Shown here piece after piece: positions 18,981 through 27,640 of a stretch of DNA of 27,640 nucleotides. Below the pieces are notes generated by a model. The model was not told the DNA's origin, made no database searches, and saw only the letters and a program-made list of their open reading frames with translations. Position numbers and translations under genes: made by a program. Position 1 is the stretch's first letter, and each line of letters begins with the position of its first letter. This stretch comes from Candidatus Latescibacterota bacterium (GTDB lineage Bacteria; Latescibacterota; UBA2968): assembly GCA_964200925.1 (NCBI GenBank), contig CAXNEV010000001.1:1-27640 (forward strand), written 5' to 3'.

Positions 18981-18997
18981 GATAAAACTGTAACCCC

Positions 18998-19684
18998 TCA
19001 TGAGGGAATGGACAATTCCCCACTGTGGATTTCCCAGATAACATCGGCCAGTTTTGCAAATTCCCGGCTGTGTGTGACAAATACCAGTGTGGTTCCATTT
19101 TCATCGGCCAGCGACAACAACAAATCCATGACCCGACGTCCATTTTCATCGTCGAGATTGCCCGTGGGCTCATCGGCCAGCAGCACTTTGGGTTTGCGCA
19201 ACAGCGCCCGACAAATCGCCACCCGTTGCATTTCCCCACCTGACAATTTTTGCACGGGATCGCGCACCCGGTCTGCCAATCCAACACGATGGAGCAAATC
19301 TACCACGCGTTGTTCCATCTGTGGGGTGCGATCTCCTGCGATCATCGCTGGAAGGGCCACGTTGTCGCTTACGGACAGATGGGGCAACAGGTGAAAAAAT
19401 TGAAAAATCAATCCAACCTGGTTTCGGCGAATTCGCGTGCGGTCGCCTTCTGATACGGCACTTAAATCCTGGCCCATCACACACACGTTGCCGGTGGTGG
19501 GCACATCAATGCCTGCCGATAAGTGCAAGAGGGTTGATTTGCCACTGCCGCTGCGTCCCACAATGGCCACTTTTTTCCCCTGGGGCACAACAAACGACAC
19601 ATCGCGCAGGGCATATCGGCTGCCGCTGCCAAATGTTTCGTAAACTTTTGAGACGCCGTCAAACGATAGAGCCGATGTCATCAT
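18998..19684 (-). CDS. ABC transporter ATP-binding protein (LolD/MacB-like; AttE-like)
   Basis: Walker A GRSGSGKST, Q-loop LIFQ, signature LSGGEMQR, Walker B LLADEPTGNLD and H-loop VTH. Confidence 0.95.
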   Translation of the reverse strand: MMTSALSFDGVSKVYETFGSGSRYALRDVSFVVPQGKKVAIVGRSGSGKSTLLHLSAGIDVPTTGNVCVMGQDLSAVSEGDRTRIRRNQVGLIFQFFHLLPHLSVSDNVALPAMIAGDRTPQMEQRVVDLLHRVGLADRVRDPVQKLSGGEMQRVAICRALLRKPKVLLADEPTGNLDDENGRRVMDLLLSLADENGTTLVFVTHSREFAKLADVIWEIHSGELSIPS

Positions 19685-19901
19685 GTGTGTCCTGGTTTTG
19701 CGTATGAATCAGCAATTATCCGCATGTGTTTTGAACCGCATACAAAGTAATGAAAACGCACCAAAAAACAAGGTGATGCACCTTGAAAATGCTTGCCGCC
19801 TGATGCTTGCACACCTAAATTGCGGCAACTCGTTATTCAATATGGGCTGACAAAGCTCCCTGAAGTCCCCTTTAAAAACGTATCTTTTATCACATTTTTG
19901 T

Positions 19902-20136
19902 ATGCCTTCGGCGACCTACTTTTGTAACGACACAAAAGTAGGCAAAAAGTCGTTCCCTCAAACGCCGGGAGGGCTGATTTTCCGCGAATATCCCCATAGG
20001 ATGCATTCGATAAGATGGCCTATCAAGCTCAGAAGTGTTTCAAAGTATGTTGCGATGGGAATCGCGCGGAAAATCCGTTCCTGTATCGCGTGTTTATTGA
20101 CGGTGAGCATTGCAGGTGTGTATATCCTGTAATGAT
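19902..20136. repeat. Modular dispersed intergenic repeat, copy C (shortest)
   Basis: ATGCCTTCGGCGA-CCTACTTTTG(taacgaca)CAAAAGTAGG-CAAAAAGTCGTTCCCTCAAA; nearly identical to copy A over this block once A's insertion is removed. Confidence 0.9.
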
Positions 20137-20240
20137 GTGATAAAACGTAGTTCTAAAAAGGGGAAATGACTGTTTGTATGTAATCTGAAAAACTCACAAT
20201 TTTTTATGCTTGAGTGCTTATTTCTTGAAAAGAGCGTCCT

Positions 20241-20723
20241 ATGACCCTTGATCATTTGCTCGATGTGACTCGCACCACGATGCAAAACGCCAAATACTGC
20301 ATTCTGGCAACACAAGGCGACACCCGGATCAATGCCCGCGTGTTACAACCTTTTGATCCGCAATCCGATTGGACCATTTTTTTTGGCACCCGCTCCGATT
20401 CGCGCAAGGTTGTTGACATTCAGCAAAACCCGAACACAACCCTGCTTTATTATGACCACGACGACATTGGTTATGTGTCGCTTCAGGGAACGGCAAAAAT
20501 TGTTGATGACCCTGTTATGCGCCAACAATACTGGAATGCCAATTGGCGCATCTATTTTCCCAAAGGGCCAGATGAAGATTATACCCTTATTCAATTTGTG
20601 CCCGACCGCCTTGAGGTGCTCAGTTTTGGCCATGGTGTGACGCCCGAACCTTATGGCCTCAAACCCGCTGTGCTGATTCGCAATCAGGGCGACTGGCAAA
20701 TCGCATCGCCCGATTCAAAATAA
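20241..20723 (+). CDS. Pyridoxamine 5'-phosphate oxidase-like FMN-binding protein (general stress protein 26-like)
   Basis: Motifs YCILAT, ARVLQP, IFFGTRSDSRKVVDIQQNP and YVSLQGTAKIVDD, a split-barrel pattern. Confidence 0.85.
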   Translation: MTLDHLLDVTRTTMQNAKYCILATQGDTRINARVLQPFDPQSDWTIFFGTRSDSRKVVDIQQNPNTTLLYYDHDDIGYVSLQGTAKIVDDPVMRQQYWNANWRIYFPKGPDEDYTLIQFVPDRLEVLSFGHGVTPEPYGLKPAVLIRNQGDWQIASPDSK

Positions 20724-20737
20724 GGAGTTTGAACGAT

Positions 20738-21709
20738 ATGTCCGATTGGAAAACCCGCCCCTGGGATGGCAGCCCGGTTCGCTATCCCGACTCTGCCATA
20801 GAAATTCTCGACAGGCGTTTTCAAAAATACACGATTGGCAATGCCGCTGTGGATCGCCTTTGCACCGGATTGCGCTGGGGCGAAGGCCCGGTTTGGTTTG
20901 GCGATGCACGGTGTCTTCTGTTTAGCGATATTCCGCACAACCGCATGATGCGATGGAATGAAGAAGATGGCAGTTTGAGCGTGTATCGCAAGCCGTCGAA
21001 TTTTTGCAATGGCAACACCCGCGACCGCCAGGGCCGTCTCATTACCTGTGAACACGATACCCGCCGGGTTGTGCGCACCGAATACGATGGCTCAATAACT
21101 GTGCTTGTTGATCACTTTGACGGCAAACCGCTCAATGCGCCCAACGATGTTGTTGTCAAATCCGATGACAGCATCTGGTTCACCGATCCCGGCTACGGCA
21201 TTATGCTCGACTACGAAGGCCACAAGGCCCCGTATGAATTGCCGACCAACGTTTATCGTCTCGATCCCAAAACCGGCAAAACCACCGTTGTGGTTGATGA
21301 TTTTGTGCGCCCCAATGGACTGTGTTTTTCGCCCGATGAAAAAAAGCTCTACATCACCGACACCGGTGCATCCCACGGGCTGGGTGGCCCGGCGCATATT
21401 CGCGTTTTTGATGTGAAAACCAACAAACTCAACAAGGGCAAAATTTTTGCCGATATGGCCCCTGGGTTTGCCGATGGCATTCGCTGTGATATGGATGGCA
21501 ACCTCTGGTCGAGTTCCGGTTGGGGCAAACCCGAAGACGACGGCGTTAAAATCTTCGCACCCGATGCTGACATCATTGGCAAAATTCACCTGCCCGAACC
21601 CTGCTCCAACCTGTGTTTTGGTGGTCAAAAGAAAAACCGCCTGTTTATGACCGGCGGAATGTGTCTTTACGCGCTTTATGTGGCAGCCTCAGGGGCACAG
21701 ATGCCGTAG
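20738..21709 (+). CDS. SMP-30/gluconolactonase/LRE family protein
   Basis: Motifs WGEGPVW, FSDIP, NGNTRDRQGRL, LNAPNDVVV, WFTDP, RPNGLCFSPDE and ADGIRCD. ATG 20738 follows AAGGAG; the track's TTG at 20729 is too close to the RBS. Confidence 0.93.
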   Translation: MSDWKTRPWDGSPVRYPDSAIEILDRRFQKYTIGNAAVDRLCTGLRWGEGPVWFGDARCLLFSDIPHNRMMRWNEEDGSLSVYRKPSNFCNGNTRDRQGRLITCEHDTRRVVRTEYDGSITVLVDHFDGKPLNAPNDVVVKSDDSIWFTDPGYGIMLDYEGHKAPYELPTNVYRLDPKTGKTTVVVDDFVRPNGLCFSPDEKKLYITDTGASHGLGGPAHIRVFDVKTNKLNKGKIFADMAPGFADGIRCDMDGNLWSSSGWGKPEDDGVKIFAPDADIIGKIHLPEPCSNLCFGGQKKNRLFMTGGMCLYALYVAASGAQMP

Positions 21710-21742
21710 TTATAGGAAATGCCAACCAATTCTCCAAAGGCA

Positions 21743-21763
21743 GCGGTGCCGTCCTGACACCGC
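21743..21763. repeat. Short GC-rich hairpin after the lactonase (REP-like or terminator)
   Basis: GCGGTG / CACCGC stem preceded by TCCAAAG, 33 nt after the stop codon. Confidence 0.35.
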
Positions 21764-21787
21764 AAAACCATGCTTAACGGAGTCTAT

Positions 21788-22075
21788 ATGGAAAACATAC
21801 AGAACAAACCTCTGGTTTTAGGAGATGACGTGACCTTTGGACTCGGAGAGATCACTCTCTTCACTTCTCCAGGTACATTCCCGATTACACCAGCAAGCCG
21901 TATCTCAATTTTTGCTGAGGTAACGAAGAGGCACTGTTGATTGACAGCATCAGCAAATACTTTGCATAAAGAGAATCTTTTGGAACGACAACGGGCAAAA
22001 CCGAAACCCACACAAACGGCTGAAGAGGCAACAATACAAAAAACAATAGAACCATCTGTGAGCTTATTAACATGA
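21788..22075 (+). pseudogene. Small ORF or gene remnant with one in-frame TGA (21938-21940)
   Basis: GGAG RBS precedes ATG 21788; 50 codons, TGA, then 44 more open codons ending at a TGA that overlaps the next ATG (ATGA). Confidence 0.4.
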
Positions 22076-24498
22076 TCCACAACTACTTTCTCATTGCCAT
22101 GCGCAATCTGTTGCGGCAAAAGCGCTACGCGTTTATCAATCTTTTTGGTCTGGCCATTGGACTGTCGTGCTGTGTGATTGCGCTGGTGATCATTCACCAC
22201 GAATACAGCTATGACCGGTTTCACCCGCAGGCCGACCGCATTTACCGCGTTTTGCGCGAGCGCAGCAGCAACGATGACACACAGGTGCGCTGGCTCACCG
22301 ATGGGGCACTGGCACGCGCCCTTGAAGCAGAGATTCCCGAAGTGGCACATGCCACCAAAAACCGCATTTATCCCGTTGTGGTGCGCCACAAAGACCATGC
22401 GCTCGAACTCGAACAGGGTCAGATCGATGAGAATTTTTTTGCGGTTTTTAATTTCCCATTTGTCACTGGCAACGCCGATCTGCTCAAACAGCCCTATCAC
22501 ATTGCCATCACGCAGGAGGCCGCAAAGCGCCTGTTTGGACAGGTCGATCCCGTTGGACAAACTGTTACTCTGCAAGAGCGCTATTACGGCGGCGATTATA
22601 CCATTGTGGCCATTTTGAAAAACCCACCTGTACCCTCTTCCATTCAGTTTGATTTGTTACACATGACCAATGGCCGCACCGAAGAAGCCAACCTCGATTG
22701 GAACGGCTGGCAAAGCCGGGTGCAGCAGGCGGGCATCGAAACGTTTGTGTTGTTTCGCGAAGGTGTTGATACTCAGATTCTCGAAACCAAAATATCGGGC
22801 ATTATTGAACGCCACATGGGTTTGGATGTGCGCAAAAATTTGAGCTATAGGTTGCAACCTCTCTTGCGGTTGCACCTGTATGGCCTGCGCGATTACAACC
22901 TGTCTTCGAGCGGCAGTATCGATACGCTTTATCTGTTTGCGGGCATTGCGCTGCTTGTGCTCATTATTGCCAGCATCAATTTTGTGAATTTATCTACGGC
23001 TCGTTCTGCTGGGCGCGCGCGCGAAGTGGGTTTGCGCAAAGTGATTGGTGCCAATCGCGGTCAGCTCATCGGTCAATTTTTGGGAGAATCGATTTTTCTG
23101 GCCCTGCTGTCGCTTCTTTTTGCCATTGCGTTAGCACAACTGGCATTGCCCTATCTCAATTCTTTAACGGGCATCGCTGTGGTGCTTGATACCGATGTTC
23201 TCATCACCCTGCTTCCCATTTTGTTTGCGTTTACCCTGATCGTTGGGCTGATCGCAGGTTTTTATCCTGCGCTTTATCTGTCGGCCTTTCAACCTGCCTT
23301 CGTCCTTACAGGCACTCTGGGATCATCAAACAGCCATTTTCGGCAGGTTCTTGTGATTACCCAATTTGCCCTGGCCATTCTGTTGATGGTTGGCACCGAT
23401 GTGGTTTATCGCCAGCTCACATTTATTCAAACCAAAAACCTCGGTTTTGATCGCGAACACGTTGTGCTTTTGCCCATGTTTGCCATGGATCGCGAAAGCA
23501 AAACCAACAACGATGCATGGCTGGTGGGCCGTTACAACCTGGTCAAACAAACGTTTCTTGAAAACCCTGGCGTTGGTGCCGCATCGGCTTTTCGCTTTTT
23601 GCCCGGACGCGACGGCGGCGGATTTGTTCGCATTGTCAAACCCGAAGGTCACGACAATATCGAATGGCGCATGCCCGTTCAAGAAATCGACGAAAGCTTT
23701 TTTGAAACCCTCGGTGTGCCACTGTTATCTGGGCGCACGTTTTCACCCGATATTGAACACGACCGCACCCATGCGTATATTCTCAACAAAACCGCTGTTG
23801 AAGCGCTGGGCTGGACGGTTGAAAATGCCGTGGGCCGCCGTTTTGGCCGCGACCGTTCCGAAGACGATGCCAATGGCACAGTCATTGGCGTGGTTGATGA
23901 TTTTCACTATGCATCGCTGCGCGATCACATTGAACCTGCCGCATTTACCTATCGCCAGTGGTTTTTCAATTATCTGGCTCTGCGCGTGCGCGACTTTTCC
24001 AATACCCGCCCATTTCTCGAACAAACATGGGCCAAATGGATGGCTCCCAATCAGCCTTTCACGTTTGGCTTTCTCGATGATGAAATAGATGCTATTTACC
24101 GATCGGAGCGCCAGCAGGCCAAAATTGTTACCCTTTTTGCCGGGCTGGCCATTTTGCTGGCTTGTTTGGGGCTGTTTGGTCTGGCAGCTTTTACCGCAGA
24201 ACGCCGTATGCGTGAAATCGGCATTCGCAAAGTCCTCGGTGCATCGAGCATGAGCATTGTGGTCCTACTTTCTCAGGACTTTGTCAAATATGTGGCGCTG
24301 GCCAATTTTATTGCCTGGCCCATTGCCTATTATCTTGCAGATCAATGGCTTCAGAATTTTGCCTATCACATTTCGCTTGGTTTCGGGTCTTTTCTGCTGG
24401 CTGGGTTGCTCGCCTTTTTCATTGCGCTCATCACTGTTAGCCTGCAATCCCTCAAAGCCGCACACACCAATCCCGTTGATACGTTAAGACATGAATAA
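22072..24498 (+). CDS. MacB/FtsX-type duplicated ABC permease (orphan)
   Basis: Motifs RNLLRQKRYAFINLFGLAIG, INFVNLSTARS..RAREVGLRKVIGA, LVITQFALAILL, AERRMREIGIRKVLGAS and NPVDTLRHE. Confidence 0.93.
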   Translation: MIHNYFLIAMRNLLRQKRYAFINLFGLAIGLSCCVIALVIIHHEYSYDRFHPQADRIYRVLRERSSNDDTQVRWLTDGALARALEAEIPEVAHATKNRIYPVVVRHKDHALELEQGQIDENFFAVFNFPFVTGNADLLKQPYHIAITQEAAKRLFGQVDPVGQTVTLQERYYGGDYTIVAILKNPPVPSSIQFDLLHMTNGRTEEANLDWNGWQSRVQQAGIETFVLFREGVDTQILETKISGIIERHMGLDVRKNLSYRLQPLLRLHLYGLRDYNLSSSGSIDTLYLFAGIALLVLIIASINFVNLSTARSAGRAREVGLRKVIGANRGQLIGQFLGESIFLALLSLLFAIALAQLALPYLNSLTGIAVVLDTDVLITLLPILFAFTLIVGLIAGFYPALYLSAFQPAFVLTGTLGSSNSHFRQVLVITQFALAILLMVGTDVVYRQLTFIQTKNLGFDREHVVLLPMFAMDRESKTNNDAWLVGRYNLVKQTFLENPGVGAASAFRFLPGRDGGGFVRIVKPEGHDNIEWRMPVQEIDESFFETLGVPLLSGRTFSPDIEHDRTHAYILNKTAVEALGWTVENAVGRRFGRDRSEDDANGTVIGVVDDFHYASLRDHIEPAAFTYRQWFFNYLALRVRDFSNTRPFLEQTWAKWMAPNQPFTFGFLDDEIDAIYRSERQQAKIVTLFAGLAILLACLGLFGLAAFTAERRMREIGIRKVLGASSMSIVVLLSQDFVKYVALANFIAWPIAYYLADQWLQNFAYHISLGFGSFLLAGLLAFFIALITVSLQSLKAAHTNPVDTLRHE

Positions 24499-24513
24499 TT
24501 GCGAGGTGTTCCC

Positions 24514-24945
24514 ATGTTTCTCATGCTGCTCATTGTCACGCTGCTTATATCCACGCTGGTCTCCTTTATTGCGGCCCGTGCTTTTGACAAACCCGTCAAA
24601 GGCATTCTCAACCGGCTCATTGCCGACGATATTGTCGGAGCATGGGTACGCTACATGACCTTTGCGATATACGTGGTGGGCATATCAGGCGGGGTGCGCA
24701 TTTATTCGTTGGAGCGCTACATTTTGCCCTCACACCAACCGCGCATGGAAGGTGTGGAGCCCAGTGAAATCAAACCGATTGAATTGACTCCTGATCGCTG
24801 GGTGCTCGAAATTTACCGCACGATCATCGAATCCCTCCAATCCATTGCCTGGATGTTGCTCGTTTTTTTTGTGGTCTCACTGGGCATGTATGTTGTGTTG
24901 CACGTTTTTGAAATGCGGCGCACCCCACCAGCATCAAAAACGTGA
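24514..24945 (+). CDS. Hypothetical membrane protein (about 3 TM)
   Basis: GAGGTG RBS before ATG 24514; hydrophobic segments; follows the permease by 15 nt. Confidence 0.8.
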   Translation: MFLMLLIVTLLISTLVSFIAARAFDKPVKGILNRLIADDIVGAWVRYMTFAIYVVGISGGVRIYSLERYILPSHQPRMEGVEPSEIKPIELTPDRWVLEIYRTIIESLQSIAWMLLVFFVVSLGMYVVLHVFEMRRTPPASKT

Positions 24946-25022
24946 TTCTTGCAATGGTGTAACTTCCACCGCAGAAGAAGGCACCATTGTTACCGTAAAA
25001 CTTCCACAACAAACCCAAACAT

Positions 25023-25058
25023 AAAACGGGTCACTGAAAAATCAGCGACCCGTTTTTT
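25023..25058. terminator. Bidirectional rho-independent terminator
   Basis: AAAACGGGTC-A-CTGA(AAAA)TCAG-C-GACCCGTTTTTT between convergent genes, with T-runs on both strands. Confidence 0.85.
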
Positions 25059-25079
25059 AAGTCCAAAATTAAACCCACA

Positions 25080-27458
25080 TCAGAGTTTCACAATCTGCCC
25101 CGCTCGCAACTTCACCGTCTTTTTGCCTGCCTTTACCGATGCGGATGCCTTTCCAACATTGTTGACCATGATGCCATTGGCCGATGCGACAACTTCGATC
25201 TGGCCTGTTACTTCCAGCAGTGTTAAGGCTTTTTTCAACACGGCCTGTCCCGGTTGCAAAGTCAACGGATAGGTTACTGTTTGATCTGAAATTTGTGTTG
25301 TCCCGTCAAAGATCGGCACGGTTGTGAGATTTTTGCGTTTGGCGCGCAATGTGGCGCGAACCGTCTTCTGTTCAAAATTGGCCACTGCAAGATGATTGCT
25401 GCCGATCAACCCTATACAGCCTTGTGTTCCGGACAATTCGGTCAATGTGGTCGTCGCTGTTTTTTTTGCCGATTGGTTTGGGGCAATTAACGCTGTTAAC
25501 TGCGCAATTGTTTCCCCTGCTTTTACGCGTTTGGGGCCTGCGAATCGGCTCAAAAACAAATCGTCGGCGATTGCCCACCAGGGGTTGAAATAGTGCCGGT
25601 TGTGATACACCGTTTCCCCTGTTCCGCAAAATACAATGCCCAACCGACCATCTACATTTATCCATGCGGGATGATCGTATGTTTTGATGATGTCGCTGTT
25701 TTGGTCGGCACTTACAAAGCCTTCAAACCGGTTTGATCCACCGGGTGTTGAAATGATGCGAAATCCATTGCAATTGTCGGGTATGGCTTTAAAATTTTCA
25801 TTCACAATCCGCAAAAAGCCCTGCGACACATTGCTCACGGTCACGGGTTCTTGTGCCACCCACCGCTCAAATGACAAACTTACCCCATCGGGCAAACTGG
25901 CATAGAGCACCTCTTGCCGCACCGATCCCTGTGCCCGGTTCATCACGAGGGCCGCTGCAAACCCATCTTGTTGTGTGTCCACACTCACCGACACTTCATC
26001 CTGACTGTCGGGTCGATCTTTCACGGTTACACGCCCCAACCACGAGTGGGATGCCGGGGCCACGGTTTGAATGCCGTCGGAATTCAATGGCAGTACCATC
26101 TGGCAATTTCGCCAGGCAAAAGACGTTTGCCCTTTTGTGTGGCGTTGAAACACAAATCCAGAATGGGCATATACCTTTACTCCGCGCAACTTCTTTTCCA
26201 ATTCTGCATCTGGTGTCGGTTTTGGGCCATCGCCCTGAAAACGATGCAGCAAATAGGCATAGGCTGGCCCGGCGATCACACACTCGCGGATAATCATGGG
26301 GTCCTGCACATCGTGGCATACTTCGGCAACTTTGGGATCGTACATGCGCCCATCATTGCTGTTTTGACGACCTTCGAGTGTTTCAAGCGCCCATAACTCA
26401 ATGCGGGCCGCATCGGCATCTTTCAACAATACCGAAGCCGCTGCATGCGTTGTTGTGCCCGGATCGGTGAACAAATAGGGCCAGTCCATGCCTTGCACCG
26501 GGTGCATGGATCCCGTGCGGTCTGTGGTCAATTTTAACTGATCGTAAATTTTTCGCCGATTGAAAATCGCGTGTTCGGGGATGGGTGCGCCATAGGCCCC
26601 GTAAATCACACCCAGCGTTCCTGTAAATCCCACAGAAGACGCTGTATAACTGGGATGTACCATGCCGTGATTTTCGGCCATATAATCGGGCAATGTGGTA
26701 AAAATTTCCTCTGTTAATTGCGCCACGGTTTTGCCTTCGGCAAATACCCGGTGATCCTTTGTGTCTTGCGGTGTGGTTGCTGTTGAAAACATCCATCGGC
26801 GAGCCGTTGCCGCCCATGTTGCGGCCTCAGGTGCTTTTTCAAGGAGTCGTTCCACCGATGCCAGTCCGCACGATGTCCACCCGTTTTCTTCCATCTGCGT
26901 GTTGCGATATACCCCGGTTTTGGGTGTCATTTCGCCAAAGCGCGATGCATAATCGGCATGAACGGTGGCTATCAGGTTCCAGGTTTCTTCATCTACCATC
27001 TCTCACAACAGCAATGCTGCAACCGCCAGTCCTGATACGGTTGTGCCACACTGGCTTTCGCGGAAAAACCCCTTGCCGCGTTCGCCCCATTTGGTGCCAA
27101 AATTCTCCGACCGTCCCAGCCCTTTTTCTGGCCGTACACAATCGGCTGGCCCTGAATCATGGGTAAAACACAAAAAACGAATTGCTTTCAGGGCCATTTT
27201 TTGCAGATCTTCACGCGAACACCCTCCCATTTTTTCATCGTAGTCGGGTGAACTCGCCGCTGCCGCAAAGGTTAAGGCTCCGGCAATGGATTCAATGCCA
27301 TACCAGTGGCATCCGCCCAAAAAGTGCCCGCAATTGGATCGCACGGGCCAATCGGCAAAATAATGCACGCCCACTGGAATCCATTTTTCGAGTACTTTCA
27401 AATACCGTCGGCTCAATGCCGTTTCGGGTTTTAGCGTTTTGTTGCGCAATGCCGTCAT
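25080..27458 (-). pseudogene. ~792-codon hypothetical protein split by one in-frame TGA at 27003-27005
   Basis: Track ORFs 27003..27539 and 25080..26999 are in the same frame: CTG TTG TGA GAG ATG GTA GAT. Likely start is ATG 27458 (AGGA upstream). The function is unknown. Confidence 0.75.
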
Positions 27459-27640
27459 GATTTCCTGCACATTCGTCTGCACGTTCTGCCTCCTGAAAAA
27501 ACACCCATAAAAGAAAAACACCACAACCCACATGTTCAAAGGTATTTCAACTCATGCGCATAACGCAAATGAATTCTGTATCCGTATCAATAAAAAAGCT
27601 CTGCTGTTCAATCGCAGCAGAGCTTATAGAGAATTTGATA

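Noticed and set aside
19769-19785. Palindrome CAAGGTG-atg-CACCTTG (also GTATTG-N7-CAATAC at 5335-5353) as an operator
   Set aside because: Each is a single short instance with no adjacent regulator and could arise by chance.
2871-20136. CRISPR array
   Set aside because: The repeats are dispersed and long, with no regular repeat-spacer period, and no cas genes are present.
21784-22575. 263-aa minus-strand ORF and other long shadow ORFs (2037..2654, 4373..5053, 5294..5833, 7202..7837, 11600..12151)
   Set aside because: They overlap motif-supported genes in another frame or strand and show no recognisable motifs.
21938-27005. Genome-wide UGA reassignment suggested by two in-frame TGAs
   Set aside because: TGA is clearly a stop here: moaD ends GG-TGA as required, and ATGA overlaps end moaE and the binding-protein gene.
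27003-27005. Selenocysteine at the internal TGA
   Set aside because: No SECIS-like hairpin downstream, and the AALLL*EM context fits Arg rather than Cys/Sec.
27459-27539. N-terminal extension MNMWVVVFFFYGCFF of the track ORF
   Set aside because: It looks like intergenic sequence; ATG 27458 has an upstream AGGA and is the likelier start.

Overview
This is a bacterial window of about 48% GC with roughly 19 genes. I see no rRNA, tRNA, CRISPR array or transposase. In order, it holds: a PHP phosphoesterase (5'-partial)-moaD-moaE-CX5R phosphatase cluster; an MBL-fold hydrolase; an orphan family-5 solute-binding lipoprotein; a dihaem cytochrome c; a minus-strand run of periplasmic binding protein, TonB-dependent receptor, two HAMP/PAS histidine kinases and a C69/secernin peptidase; an AttEFGH-like ABC ATPase, permease and secreted lipocalin-like protein; a PNPOx-like protein; an SMP-30/gluconolactonase; an orphan MacB-type permease; a small membrane protein; and a ~790-codon gene split by one in-frame TGA. 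The least explained signal is intergenic. Three co-oriented copies of a modular ~235-335 bp repeat carry swappable hairpin cassettes, one of them a GTAG-REP doublet. A separate ~117 bp four-hairpin element lies upstream of the receptor/kinase run. The short C-G-closed triloop hairpins in these elements all read GNA on the minus strand, which suggests ssDNA-mobilised (HUH-type) non-autonomous elements. All functional calls come from motif recognition by eye; no database search was run. The gene content is reminiscent of Latescibacterota/Gemmatimonadota-like genomes, but that is a weak inference.
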